64,000 bases of DNA from a bacterium (GTDB lineage: Bacteria; Patescibacteriota; JABMPQ01; JAUVWW01), in assembly GCA_030603885.1 (NCBI GenBank), contig JAUVWW010000001.1:70716-134715 (forward strand), written 5' to 3'. A program made the translations under genes and the position numbers. The notes beneath the pieces were generated by a model. It searched no databases and was not told the origin of the DNA. It was given only the letters and a program-made list of their open reading frames with translations. Positions 38,987 to 47,460 of the stretch are shown here, piece after piece; positions within the stretch are counted from its first letter, which is position 1, and every line of letters begins with the position of its first letter.

Positions 38987-39307
38987 ATGACTACTTTTGC
39001 AATTATCAAAACAGGCGGCAAACAATACAAAGTCCAAAAAGGGGATGTTTTGGAAGTGGAGAAGTTGGAAGTAGGAAAGAAGAAAGAAGTGACATTCAAA
39101 GATGTTTTATTAGTTTCTGATGATAAGAAAATCAAGATAGGAAAACCCTTTGTAAAAGGAGTAAAGGTTACGGCTAAAGTCCTGGAGCCAGAAATGAAAG
39201 GTAAAAAAGTAACTATTATCAAGTTTAAAGCCAAAAAGAGATATAAGAAAAAGATGGGATTTAGGCCAAGGTATACCAGAGTGGAGATTTCTAAGATAGT
39301 TGCTTAG
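38987..39307 (+). CDS. rplU: 50S ribosomal protein L21
   Basis: MTTFAIIKTGGKQYKVQKGD signature. Confidence 0.9.
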   Translation: MTTFAIIKTGGKQYKVQKGDVLEVEKLEVGKKKEVTFKDVLLVSDDKKIKIGKPFVKGVKVTAKVLEPEMKGKKVTIIKFKAKKRYKKKMGFRPRYTRVEISKIVA

Positions 39308-39313
39308 TTTAAA

Positions 39314-39925
39314 TTAGTATTCTTTTCTTCCTTTCAAAGCATTACTCAAGGTCACCTCATCAGCATACTCTAGATCTCCACCAACTGGCAAACCCCGAGC
39401 AATTCGGGTTATTTTTATATTTAAGGGCTTAAGTAACTTGGCAATATACATAGCCGTGGCTTCGCCTTCCAAAGTAGGATTGTTAGCCAGAATAATCTCT
39501 TTAATTTTATCTTTCCCTTTTTCAACTCTATTTTGAAGCTCCTTGATTTTGAGCTGGTCAGGACCAATACCTTCAACTGGAGAAATAGAACCACCTAGAA
39601 CATGGTAAACTCCTTTATACTCACTAGTGCCTTCTAAGGCTACCATGTCTAAAGGCTCTCCTACTACACAAATAACAGATTTATCTCGATTTGAGTCTTT
39701 ACATATTGGACAAGGATCAGTTTCTGCAATATTTTGGCAGATAGAACAGCGGACAATTTTTTCTTTAAGTTCAGCCAGGGTTTTAGAGAATATCCCTAGT
39801 TCTTCTTTAGATTGTTTGAGTAAATAAAAAGCAAGCCTGGCTGCTGTTTTTTCACCGATTCCAGGGAGCTTAGTAAACTCATTGATTAGTTTTTTAATCG
39901 GGGAGGGTAGAGCGTTGGGCATCAA
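39314..39925 (-). CDS. recR: recombination protein RecR
   Basis: HhH, a C4 zinc finger (CSICQN...CPIC) and a Toprim domain. Confidence 0.9.
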   Translation of the reverse strand: MMPNALPSPIKKLINEFTKLPGIGEKTAARLAFYLLKQSKEELGIFSKTLAELKEKIVRCSICQNIAETDPCPICKDSNRDKSVICVVGEPLDMVALEGTSEYKGVYHVLGGSISPVEGIGPDQLKIKELQNRVEKGKDKIKEIILANNPTLEGEATAMYIAKLLKPLNIKITRIARGLPVGGDLEYADEVTLSNALKGRKEY

Positions 39926-39932
39926 AGTAAGA

Positions 39933-40229
39933 CTATTGTAAACCGGGTAAATTCATCTCGCCAGACTGCATTTTTCTAACCATAATCATTCTCACTTCTT
40001 TCATAGCCTTTTCAAAGGCTTCTTTTAAACCTTGTTCTAATTTTTCTTTTTGATTAGGGTTGATGAGAGAATTGTCAATTTCAATATTTTTAATTTCCTG
40101 ATTTCCATTTAAAGTAATTTTAATTTGTCCATCCAAAGTTTCACCAATGGCAGTTTCTTGAGCTAATTCTTGCTTAAGCTGGCTAGCCTGCTTTTTAAGT
40201 TGATTAAGTTGTTTAAGTTTGTCAAACAT
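39933..40229 (-). CDS. ybaB: nucleoid-associated protein YbaB/EbfC
   Basis: About 100-aa YbaB fold signature ([11 protein letters not shown]...[14 protein letters not shown]); the ybaB-recR pairing is canonical. Confidence 0.85.
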   Translation of the reverse strand: MFDKLKQLNQLKKQASQLKQELAQETAIGETLDGQIKITLNGNQEIKNIEIDNSLINPNQKEKLEQGLKEAFEKAMKEVRMIMVRKMQSGEMNLPGLQ

Positions 40230-40233
40230 GATT

Positions 40234-41592
40234 TTATCCTTTATGTTTCACTTCTAAACTTCTAAAAGTTACTTTTTCTGGATCAAAATATAGCTCAATT
40301 TGGCCGGTTGGACCATTTCTATGTTTTTTAATAAAGATATCAGCAGTGTGCTGTCTTTCTGTGTTTGGTTTATAAAATTCTTCCCTATAGATAAACATGA
40401 CTACATCAGCATCCTGTTCTATAGAACCTGATTCTCTTAAATCAGCTAGCTGAGGTATTTGAGGAGATCTAGATTCTACGGCTCGAGATAACTGAGATAA
40501 GGCTAAAACTGGGATATTAAGTTCTCGAGCAATAGCTTTTAGTCCTCGAGAAATCTCAGAAACTTCTTGAACTCTACCTGCGCTTATGGAAGTAGAGGCT
40601 CCTTCCATAAGTTGAAGATAATCAACCACGATTAGTCCTATATTGTGTTCTGCTTGCAATCGCCTTGCTTTGGTTCTGATCTCCATTACATTATTAGTAG
40701 GGGAGTCGTCAATAAAGATGGGAGCTTCGGACAAAATTCCCATGGCATGGCCAATTTTAGGAAAATCATCATCTTCCTCTTTGTCAGAAAGTCTACCTGT
40801 CCTCATCCTCCAAAGATCTACATTAGCTTCAGAACAAAGAAATCTATCTCCTACTTGTTCTTTAGACATCTCAAGTGAAAATATTCCCACTGGAATCTTT
40901 TCTTTAGTTGCTATATGACGAGCTATATCTAAAGCTAGGGTCGTCTTTCCCATCGAAGGACGAGAGGCCAAAATAATCAAATCTGATTTCTGAAGCCCAG
41001 CTAAAAGATTATCTAAGTCCTTAAATCCAGTGGGAGTGCCTCGAAGCTTACCTTTCTCTTTATGAAGCTCGTCTATTCTATCAAAGGCTTCTATTAGTAC
41101 GTCTTTAATTGGAACAAATTTTTGTTTTAGATATTTTTGGGAAACATCAAAGAGGGTCCGTTCTGCTTTATCTAACAAAGGATCAATACTCTCTGTCTCT
41201 TGATATCCTAACTCTGTGATTTTTTGAGCCGCTTGAATGAGTCTTCTTAGGGTAGCTTTTCTCTGGACTATCTCAGCATAGTTTACTACGTGAGCAGCAG
41301 TCGGCACAGTATTAGCCAGAGAGATAAGATAGCTTCTTCCTCCAATTTCTTTAAGTTGCTCCTTTTCTTTTAGTTTGTTTGCTAAACTAACTACATCAAT
41401 TGGTTCTCTTGCCTCATAAAGTTCAAGCATGGCTTCAAAGATCATTTTGTGAATCTCTCTGTAAAAATCATCAGGTTTTATGATATCAGAAATTTTAACA
41501 ATGGCATCTTTATCTAAAAGCAGACAGCCAAGAACTGACTGTTCTGCTTCTATGTTTTGAGGCGGTAGTTTTTCGATGTCTGCTTCAGGCAT
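40234..41592 (-). CDS. dnaB: replicative DNA helicase DnaB
   Basis: N-terminal DnaB domain (NIEAEQSVLGCLL) and a RecA-like core with Walker A GKT-type (SRPSMGKTTLAL) and Walker B. Confidence 0.9.
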   Translation of the reverse strand: MPEADIEKLPPQNIEAEQSVLGCLLLDKDAIVKISDIIKPDDFYREIHKMIFEAMLELYEAREPIDVVSLANKLKEKEQLKEIGGRSYLISLANTVPTAAHVVNYAEIVQRKATLRRLIQAAQKITELGYQETESIDPLLDKAERTLFDVSQKYLKQKFVPIKDVLIEAFDRIDELHKEKGKLRGTPTGFKDLDNLLAGLQKSDLIILASRPSMGKTTLALDIARHIATKEKIPVGIFSLEMSKEQVGDRFLCSEANVDLWRMRTGRLSDKEEDDDFPKIGHAMGILSEAPIFIDDSPTNNVMEIRTKARRLQAEHNIGLIVVDYLQLMEGASTSISAGRVQEVSEISRGLKAIARELNIPVLALSQLSRAVESRSPQIPQLADLRESGSIEQDADVVMFIYREEFYKPNTERQHTADIFIKKHRNGPTGQIELYFDPEKVTFRSLEVKHKG

Positions 41593-41700
41593 TTATATTG
41601 TATTAACTGATTTAGGCTATTTAAGTAGAATCATTGTATCATATTCCAATATTAAAAAAAAGTCAAGAGTATACACAGAAAATACACATTTAATACACTC

Positions 41701-43149
41701 TTAACTCTTAACTTTCCAGACTGGTCCTTTATCCGTATCCTTAACTTCGACCCCTATTTTCCTTAACTTATTTCGAATTTGGTCTGCTTTTTTCCAATCT
41801 TTGGCTTTCCGAGCCCTTTCTCGTTCTTTAATTAGCCCTAAAATCTTAACTTCTTTGGCTTTTGATATCTTAGCTATCTTTTTTGCTTTAATTACTCCCA
41901 AAGCCTTATCAAAGTCCATTAAAAGCTTATGTAGTGCTTTGGCTTCAGCCTTATTAATCTTACCTTTGTCTAATAACTTATTTCCTTGTTTGACTAAATC
42001 AAAGATAGAAGCTAGTGCTTTTGGCGTGTCCAAATCATTGTCCATGGACTTTTCAAAGTTCTTTTTAGTTTTTTCTATCAACTTCTTAACAACAGGCTTT
42101 ACAGCTTTAGCTTTTAACTTTTGACTTTTAACTTTTAACTTGTTTAAAAATTCTCTTATTCTTTCCAGTCCTTCACTTACCTGGACCAATGCCTTTTCTG
42201 AAAAATCCATGTGTGATCTATAATGGGAGAGTAGGGTCAAGAATCTAAAATCTATAGGATCATATTTTTTCTTTTCCAAATCTCGCAGAGTATAAAAGTT
42301 ACCTAAAGATTTGGACATCTTTTTACCTTCGACTAGAAGATGCCGACAATGTATCCAATATCGAACAAATTTTTTGTTCGTGTAAGCTTCTGATTGAGCA
42401 ATTTCATTTTCGTGATGGGGAAAGATATTGTCTTCGCCGCCAGTATGGATATCTAAGGTAGGGCCTAGATATTTCATTGACATTACAGAACACTCAATAT
42501 GCCAGCCAGGATAGCCTATACCCCAGGGGCTTGGCCATTTCATGAGATGCTCCTTGGGAGCTTTGAGCCAGAGGAAAAAATCATAGGGATGACGTTTGTC
42601 TGGATGTGGTTCAAGTCTAGCCCCTGCTTTTAACGCCTCTAGAGGATTACCCGAAAGCTTTCCATAGTTTTTAAATCTAGTTATGTCATAAAAGACCGTG
42701 CCTTTAGCTTCATAGGCATAGTCTTTCTTAATTAAAACTTGAATTAATTTTATGATGTCTTGAAGGTGCTCTGTGGGACGAGGATACTTATAGGCTCTTT
42801 TAATATTTAGCTTATCAGTATCCTCTAGAAAAGCTTTCTCGTAAAATCGAGCAATCTCTTTTGGTGTCTTTTTTTCCTTTTTTGCAGCTTCAATAATTTT
42901 ATCTTTAGCAGCTTTAACATCATATCTTGTTAGATGTCCAACATCAGTAATATTCATTACTTGTTTTACTTTATAGCCTTTGTATTCTAAATATCTTCTT
43001 ATGGTATCAGCCATAATATAGGCTCTAAAATTGCCAATATGAGCAAAATCATAGACAGTTGGTCCACAATTGTACATTCTAACCTCACCTTTATGTAAAG
43101 ACTTAAAGATTTGTTTTTTTCTTAAGAGAGTGTTGTAGAATTTGAGCAT
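41701..43149 (-). CDS. cysS: cysteinyl-tRNA synthetase
   Basis: HIGH (FAHIGN) and KMSKS motifs. The N-terminus MLKFYNTLLRKKQIF matches the canonical CysRS start, so I set the start at 43149 and not at the ORF-track upstream ATG at 43245. Confidence 0.88.
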   Translation of the reverse strand: MLKFYNTLLRKKQIFKSLHKGEVRMYNCGPTVYDFAHIGNFRAYIMADTIRRYLEYKGYKVKQVMNITDVGHLTRYDVKAAKDKIIEAAKKEKKTPKEIARFYEKAFLEDTDKLNIKRAYKYPRPTEHLQDIIKLIQVLIKKDYAYEAKGTVFYDITRFKNYGKLSGNPLEALKAGARLEPHPDKRHPYDFFLWLKAPKEHLMKWPSPWGIGYPGWHIECSVMSMKYLGPTLDIHTGGEDNIFPHHENEIAQSEAYTNKKFVRYWIHCRHLLVEGKKMSKSLGNFYTLRDLEKKKYDPIDFRFLTLLSHYRSHMDFSEKALVQVSEGLERIREFLNKLKVKSQKLKAKAVKPVVKKLIEKTKKNFEKSMDNDLDTPKALASIFDLVKQGNKLLDKGKINKAEAKALHKLLMDFDKALGVIKAKKIAKISKAKEVKILGLIKERERARKAKDWKKADQIRNKLRKIGVEVKDTDKGPVWKVKS

Positions 43150-43185
43150 ATGCAGTTTAGGAATAGAGCCTTTAGGTTCTTTAAA

Positions 43186-43229
43186 GAAGCTTCCGCCTGT
43201 GGCGGATCCGCCTTTGGCGGAAAAGCTTC
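43186..43229. promoter_or_regulatory. 44-nt near-perfect palindrome in the cysS 5' leader, containing AAGCTT...GGATCC...AAGCTT
   Basis: gaagctt-ccgcc-tgt-ggcgg-atcc-gcc-ttt-ggcgg-aaaagcttc read directly. Two nested small hairpins (ccgcc-NNN-ggcgg) sit inside outer aagctt arms. Confidence 0.5.
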
Positions 43230-43265
43230 TACTCCATCTTACCATCTCCCAAAAATTTTATCAAA

Positions 43266-43306
43266 CAAAAGAGCACCTCTGAGATTTAAAGAGGTACTCT
43301 TTTTGT
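43266..43306 (-). terminator. Rho-independent terminator after the 43318-43980 gene
   Basis: An 11-bp stem (one G-U on the minus-strand RNA) with a 9-nt loop, followed by a U-rich tract. Confidence 0.65.
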
Positions 43307-43317
43307 TTCGGTTACTT

Positions 43318-43980
43318 TTATTTGTATAGGTAGTGCTCAACTGCCCACCAAGGCCAGTATTTGTATATGTAGTGCTCAATTGCCTGCCAAGGGTAGCGGC
43401 CTGCATAGACGCTGTCGTCATGCTCCAATTCCAGTTCTCTCAGATCATCATTTTTTGGACGGTTAACTGCCGTCATTTTTCCTGGAACAAGCTCTTCCTT
43501 TGTACTTTTTCTAACGATCCACTTGTCAAGCGGAAGTCCTTCCTCTCCATAATTCTCGTCGATGTAGTCTTCAAAATCTTCCTTGACATATTTCTCGTAA
43601 GCTGTAACATCTGGTTTTTCTATAGGTGTTCTTGATTCACAGAGAACAAAAGCATCATCTTTATTACTGATGAGATCACTAGGTTCCGCTGATCTGTAAA
43701 GCTTCTCCTCTGTGTTTGTTATAAGGACTATAGTACATTCAGCACCTATCATGCTACAAAATTCCTTACCAGTTTTACTTTCCCTGGGATACACCTGATA
43801 CAGTTTTTTATATTGAAGAGCTACTGCTTCCTCTTCAGTTATTGTTTTTGTAGTTACTGGTTGTCTTAATGTTGCATTTCTAATTCCAAAAAAAGCTGCA
43901 GCGGCTAGAGCAACAATTCCTATAACTAAGGCAATAGTTGCTGTTCGGGTGGCGACTCTAGTTTCTGTTGTTTGTTGCAT
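43318..43980 (-). CDS. hypothetical membrane-anchored/secreted protein, paralog A (W/Y-rich C-terminal repeats)
   Basis: N-terminus MQQTTETRVATRTATIALVIGIVALA is shared with paralog B. Strong SD (AAGGGGGTGAT) 4 nt upstream. C-terminal repeats WQAIEHYIYK / WWAVEHYLYK. Confidence 0.6.
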   Translation of the reverse strand: MQQTTETRVATRTATIALVIGIVALAAAAFFGIRNATLRQPVTTKTITEEEAVALQYKKLYQVYPRESKTGKEFCSMIGAECTIVLITNTEEKLYRSAEPSDLISNKDDAFVLCESRTPIEKPDVTAYEKYVKEDFEDYIDENYGEEGLPLDKWIVRKSTKEELVPGKMTAVNRPKNDDLRELELEHDDSVYAGRYPWQAIEHYIYKYWPWWAVEHYLYK

Positions 43981-44040
43981 TTTTATCACCCCCTTTCTTT
44001 GGGATTTCTATAGGATATCTATCTATTTTAAGTTTATCAT
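43898..44040. repeat. duplicated promoter/RBS/signal-anchor segment, copy 1 (pairs with 44756-44900)
   Basis: A near-identical ~145-bp block covers the first ~28 codons plus ~60 bp upstream of both paralog genes. Confidence 0.75.
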
Positions 44041-44157
44041 TATATAAATAGGTTGTCAATAACCTAAAATAATTTAAAAAATTATTTACAATTATGTCTA
44101 TAAATCAAAACAACCCCAGATAGAGGTTGTTTTGAAGTATGAAATGATTTTTGTTTT

Positions 44158-44838
44158 TTATAGGGGTGCTGCTTGTTCACCTGGAGGTATAGGATAAGTA
44201 TAGCATGTACCACTACAATCAATGTCTACACATCCAAATGGATTGCAATCGCCACCCCAAACACTACAGGCACAACCAGTAGTCCATCCTCCCCCCTCTA
44301 ATTTTACTTCACAGAAATCTTTAAAAGATCTTACTGGAATTACAAGAAGGGCTCTATCTGTCGGTCCGGGAAAAACTTGTAATACTTTAACTGGCGAACC
44401 AAGATCTTCTGTAGAAGCAACGAAATTTTGTTCAAAACATACTGTTTCATCTGGCTTAATTTCCTTATACAGTATATGTGCAACAGTTTCTTCGTTTTCC
44501 GGATCATAAAAAGTTTCTTCAAGAGTAACTTCATATCTCATGTCATCTCCTTCATAAATTGCTTTGTTACATTTTTCTGCAAGAAATATGTCATTGTTAT
44601 CCTTCAAATAGAAATTATAAGTTTCATCACAATAACTTAGATCTTCTCTTGATTTTTCCACGGTACCAGCTGGTTTAGTTACTGGTTTAGTTACTGCTTC
44701 ATTTACTGGTTTAGTTACTGCTTGTTGTCTTAGTGCCAGACCTCCCAGAGCACCTGCAGTGGCTAGAGCAACAATTCCTATAACCAAAGCAATAGTTGCT
44801 GTTCTGGTAGCTACTCTAGTTTCTGTTGTTTGTTGCAT
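44158..44838 (-). CDS. hypothetical membrane-anchored/secreted protein, paralog B (Cys-rich C-terminus)
   Basis: The N-terminal ~30 aa are identical to paralog A. The C-terminal ~45 aa carry 9 Cys (GCACSVWGGDCNPFGCVDIDCSGTCYTY). Confidence 0.6.
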   Translation of the reverse strand: MQQTTETRVATRTATIALVIGIVALATAGALGGLALRQQAVTKPVNEAVTKPVTKPAGTVEKSREDLSYCDETYNFYLKDNNDIFLAEKCNKAIYEGDDMRYEVTLEETFYDPENEETVAHILYKEIKPDETVCFEQNFVASTEDLGSPVKVLQVFPGPTDRALLVIPVRSFKDFCEVKLEGGGWTTGCACSVWGGDCNPFGCVDIDCSGTCYTYPIPPGEQAAPL

Positions 44839-44900
44839 TTTTTATCACCCCCTTTCTTTGGGATTTCCACTAGGATATTTATCTATTTTAAGTTTATCAA
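44756..44900. repeat. duplicated promoter/RBS/signal-anchor segment, copy 2
   Basis: See copy 1. The sequences differ at only a few positions. Confidence 0.75.
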
Positions 44901-44921
44901 TACAGAAATAAATTGTCAAAT

Positions 44922-45890
44922 TTATTTTAGCTTCTCTTTGGGTATATCTACCCATTCAGAAAGAATGTCTTTGATATCCTCAACAGTAACTTTGTCTTGC
45001 GGCTTTCCTTCTATGGCTAGCTTTGCTTTGGCGCAGGCCTCATCGATCAAATCTATTGCTTTATCAGGAAGATATCTATTTTTGATGTATTTTGCAGATA
45101 AATTGACTGCTGTTTTAATGACTTCATCTGAAATTTCTACTTTATGATAATCCTCATAAGCCTTGCGCAGTCCTTGTAATATTTTTATAGAATCTTCAAT
45201 TGATGGCTCTCGAACAATGACTGGTTGGAAACGTCTTTCCAGGGTCAAATCTTTCATAATATAATTTTCGTATTCTTCAGGAGTAGTAGCTCCTATAGCT
45301 TGAACCACACCTCTAGCTAAAGATGGCTTTAATATGTCAGAGGCGGCAACAGCCCCTTCTGTACCTCTTGTTTCTGTTAAGATATGCAGTTCATCAATAA
45401 ATAAAATAATACTTCTTTCGGCTCTCTCTATTTCACTTGTGATCCTCTTCATTCTTATCTCAAATTCACCTCTATATTTTGTTCCAGCCATAAGACCAGA
45501 AAGATCAAGATCTAGGACTCTTTTATCTTTTAGTCTTTCGGGCACTTTTCCTTCAACGATTCTTTGAGCTAATCCTTCAACAATAGCTGTTTTTCCTACA
45601 CCTGGGGGACCAATTAAAACTGGATTACTTTTCTTTTTTCGACTGAGAATATGGATGGTTCTAGCTATCTCTTTTTCTCGGTTAATTACTGGATCCAGCT
45701 CTCCCTTTCGGGCCAGTGAAGTTAGATCTTTAGAATAACGGTCTAAAGCTGGAGTTGGGCCTAGACCTAGACCTCTTATATCGCCAATTCTTCCTTTTAT
45801 TCTTCCTTTAAAATAATACCAAAAAGCAACAGCTGCTATGATTATAGCTAACAAAACGTACCAAAAATAATTATTAGTAGTTAGATCCAT
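44922..45890 (-). CDS. membrane-anchored AAA+ ATPase consisting of a Clp/Hsp100 NBD1 only
   Basis: N-terminal TM helix. [63 protein letters not shown] matches ClpA/B/C NBD1. The protein ends where the M-domain/NBD2 would begin. I set the start at the internal Met (MDLTT...) to avoid overlap with corA. Confidence 0.7.
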   Translation of the reverse strand: MDLTTNNYFWYVLLAIIIAAVAFWYYFKGRIKGRIGDIRGLGLGPTPALDRYSKDLTSLARKGELDPVINREKEIARTIHILSRKKKSNPVLIGPPGVGKTAIVEGLAQRIVEGKVPERLKDKRVLDLDLSGLMAGTKYRGEFEIRMKRITSEIERAERSIILFIDELHILTETRGTEGAVAASDILKPSLARGVVQAIGATTPEEYENYIMKDLTLERRFQPVIVREPSIEDSIKILQGLRKAYEDYHKVEISDEVIKTAVNLSAKYIKNRYLPDKAIDLIDEACAKAKLAIEGKPQDKVTVEDIKDILSEWVDIPKEKLK

Positions 45891-46792
45891 TTTTTTCTTA
45901 TAAAATATCCAAGCATTACTATAACTACACCTATCATTATAGCAGAAATTATCCAAAAAGCAAAGGGATGATCTAAAAAGGGCATCCAGGAGATATTCAT
46001 TCCATAAATTGAAACAATAAGGGTTAAAGGAAGCATAATAACTGAGATAATGGTCAACACTTGCATAGTAGCACTGGTTTTGTGAGAAATTAAAGAGTCA
46101 TTGGTTCGTTCCAAAGCTCGAATAGTATCAATTTCATTCTCCAAAGCAGTCCAAGCTTCAAGAGCCTTTTCTGTAAGATCTTCTAGTTTATTGGCCATTT
46201 TTTCTTCTGGTTTGAAATGATTTACTCTTTTTTCCAATTTTTGCATTACTCCAAGTTGGGGTCCAATGATTTCTCCAAAGTCTAAGATGTTTCTTTTGGT
46301 AAGAGCAATTTTTCTGACCATTTCTTTTTCTTTCCCTAAAAATATATCTCTTTTTATTTTTTCTATCTGTTTACTTAATTCCTCCAATAAAGGAAAATAA
46401 GCCACATGTAATTTTCTTAAAATAAAATAAAATAAAGAACCCACATTGGGATAGTCTTTTTTAATTTGTTCCTCATCAATATCTCTTAGAAACTTAGTGT
46501 AAGGTGGAATTTTTCCTGAATGAAAAGTAATGAGATAATCTTTTCCTACAAATATATCTAACTCTTGGGCTTCAGTTTCTCTTTCCTCTGTAAGGCAAAG
46601 GGGATATTTTACAATTAAAAAAAGATAGCCATTGTGCTGGACTAATTTTGGCTTTTGAGTAGGAATTTGGCAATCTTCGGTATCCAGCCTATAGAGATTG
46701 TATTTTTTAGCTAGCTCTTCTATTTTTCCTTTGGAGGGATTTTCCACATCCAGCCAAAGAAAATTTTTTGTTTTGAATTCTTTTGTTTTCAT
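45881..46792 (-). CDS. corA: magnesium/cobalt transporter CorA
   Basis: C-terminal YGMN motif followed by two TM helices. Confidence 0.85.
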   Translation of the reverse strand: MKTKEFKTKNFLWLDVENPSKGKIEELAKKYNLYRLDTEDCQIPTQKPKLVQHNGYLFLIVKYPLCLTEERETEAQELDIFVGKDYLITFHSGKIPPYTKFLRDIDEEQIKKDYPNVGSLFYFILRKLHVAYFPLLEELSKQIEKIKRDIFLGKEKEMVRKIALTKRNILDFGEIIGPQLGVMQKLEKRVNHFKPEEKMANKLEDLTEKALEAWTALENEIDTIRALERTNDSLISHKTSATMQVLTIISVIMLPLTLIVSIYGMNISWMPFLDHPFAFWIISAIMIGVVIVMLGYFIRKKWI

Positions 46793-46845
46793 ATACTCTC
46801 CTATTATCTATTAATTCTATCATATCCATTTCTAAAAGTCAATGG

Positions 46846-46874
46846 TTGATATTGATAAATAAATATGATATAAT
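46846..46874 (+). promoter_or_regulatory. sigma70-like promoter: TTGATA, 17-nt spacer, TATAAT
   Basis: Hexamers and spacing read directly; ~25 nt upstream of the ATG at 46900. Confidence 0.55.
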
Positions 46875-46899
46875 GTATATAGATAATTAGCTTCTAAAT

Positions 46900-47448
46900 A
46901 TGCCAAATCCAAGAGAACCCATTAAACGGGCAGAGCCTGCTAAACATCTAGAAGGCGAAAACAAAGAAAAAATTTCAAAAGAGGGTAGAGAGGCAGATAT
47001 TGAGAAGTTAAAGAGACGACTAGAAGAACGAGAAAAGGAACTATCCGAGATGCGAAAGGAAGTGGAGAAAATAATAGAAAAACCAAAACCAGAAGTTTTG
47101 TCAGAAAAAGCGGTCAAGGTTTTTGAAGAGGAAAGAAGAAAATTAAAAGAAGTCTTGAAGCCTGTTCCAGAAGAAGTAATGATAAAGCCAGGAAAAGCTC
47201 CTGTACCTCTTCCTCTAAAAATAAAAGAAGAAGAGGTCGAGATGGATCTAAAGAAAGTGATGGCTACGAAAAAACCAAAACAGGTAAAGACCTTAATTCA
47301 CCTTGCTTTTGACAAAGGTCTTTATCATTCTGTGGCTGTGGCTCTAAGACTCGATGACCCATATATCCTAGACGAATTCCATGATACCTTAGTGGATGAG
47401 CTTTATAATCTTTTGGTTAAAAAAGGAAAACTGAAAAGATTAAAATAA
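46900..47448 (+). CDS. hypothetical charged coiled-coil protein
   Basis: E/K-rich heptad-like sequence; no motif. Confidence 0.45.
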   Translation: MPNPREPIKRAEPAKHLEGENKEKISKEGREADIEKLKRRLEEREKELSEMRKEVEKIIEKPKPEVLSEKAVKVFEEERRKLKEVLKPVPEEVMIKPGKAPVPLPLKIKEEEVEMDLKKVMATKKPKQVKTLIHLAFDKGLYHSVAVALRLDDPYILDEFHDTLVDELYNLLVKKGKLKRLK

Positions 47449-47460
47449 CAACCTACTAAT

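Noticed and set aside
43150-43245. Extended cysS N-terminus from the ORF track (MVRWSRSFSAKGGSATGGSFFKEPKGSIPKLH...)
   Set aside because: The canonical CysRS N-terminus (MLKFYNTLLRKKQIF) begins at the internal Met. The extension is translated from the GC-rich palindrome and looks non-protein-like.
43150-43317. T-box riboswitch upstream of cysS
   Set aside because: Only ~95 nt lie between the upstream terminator and the ATG, far shorter than a T-box. I could not see a specifier/T-box consensus (AATTAGGGTGGNACCGCG).
43990-44157. sigma70 promoter for the paralog genes (TTGACA and TATAAT on the minus strand)
   Set aside because: Both hexamers are present in copy 1 but only 9 nt apart. I could not define a properly spaced -35/-10 pair.
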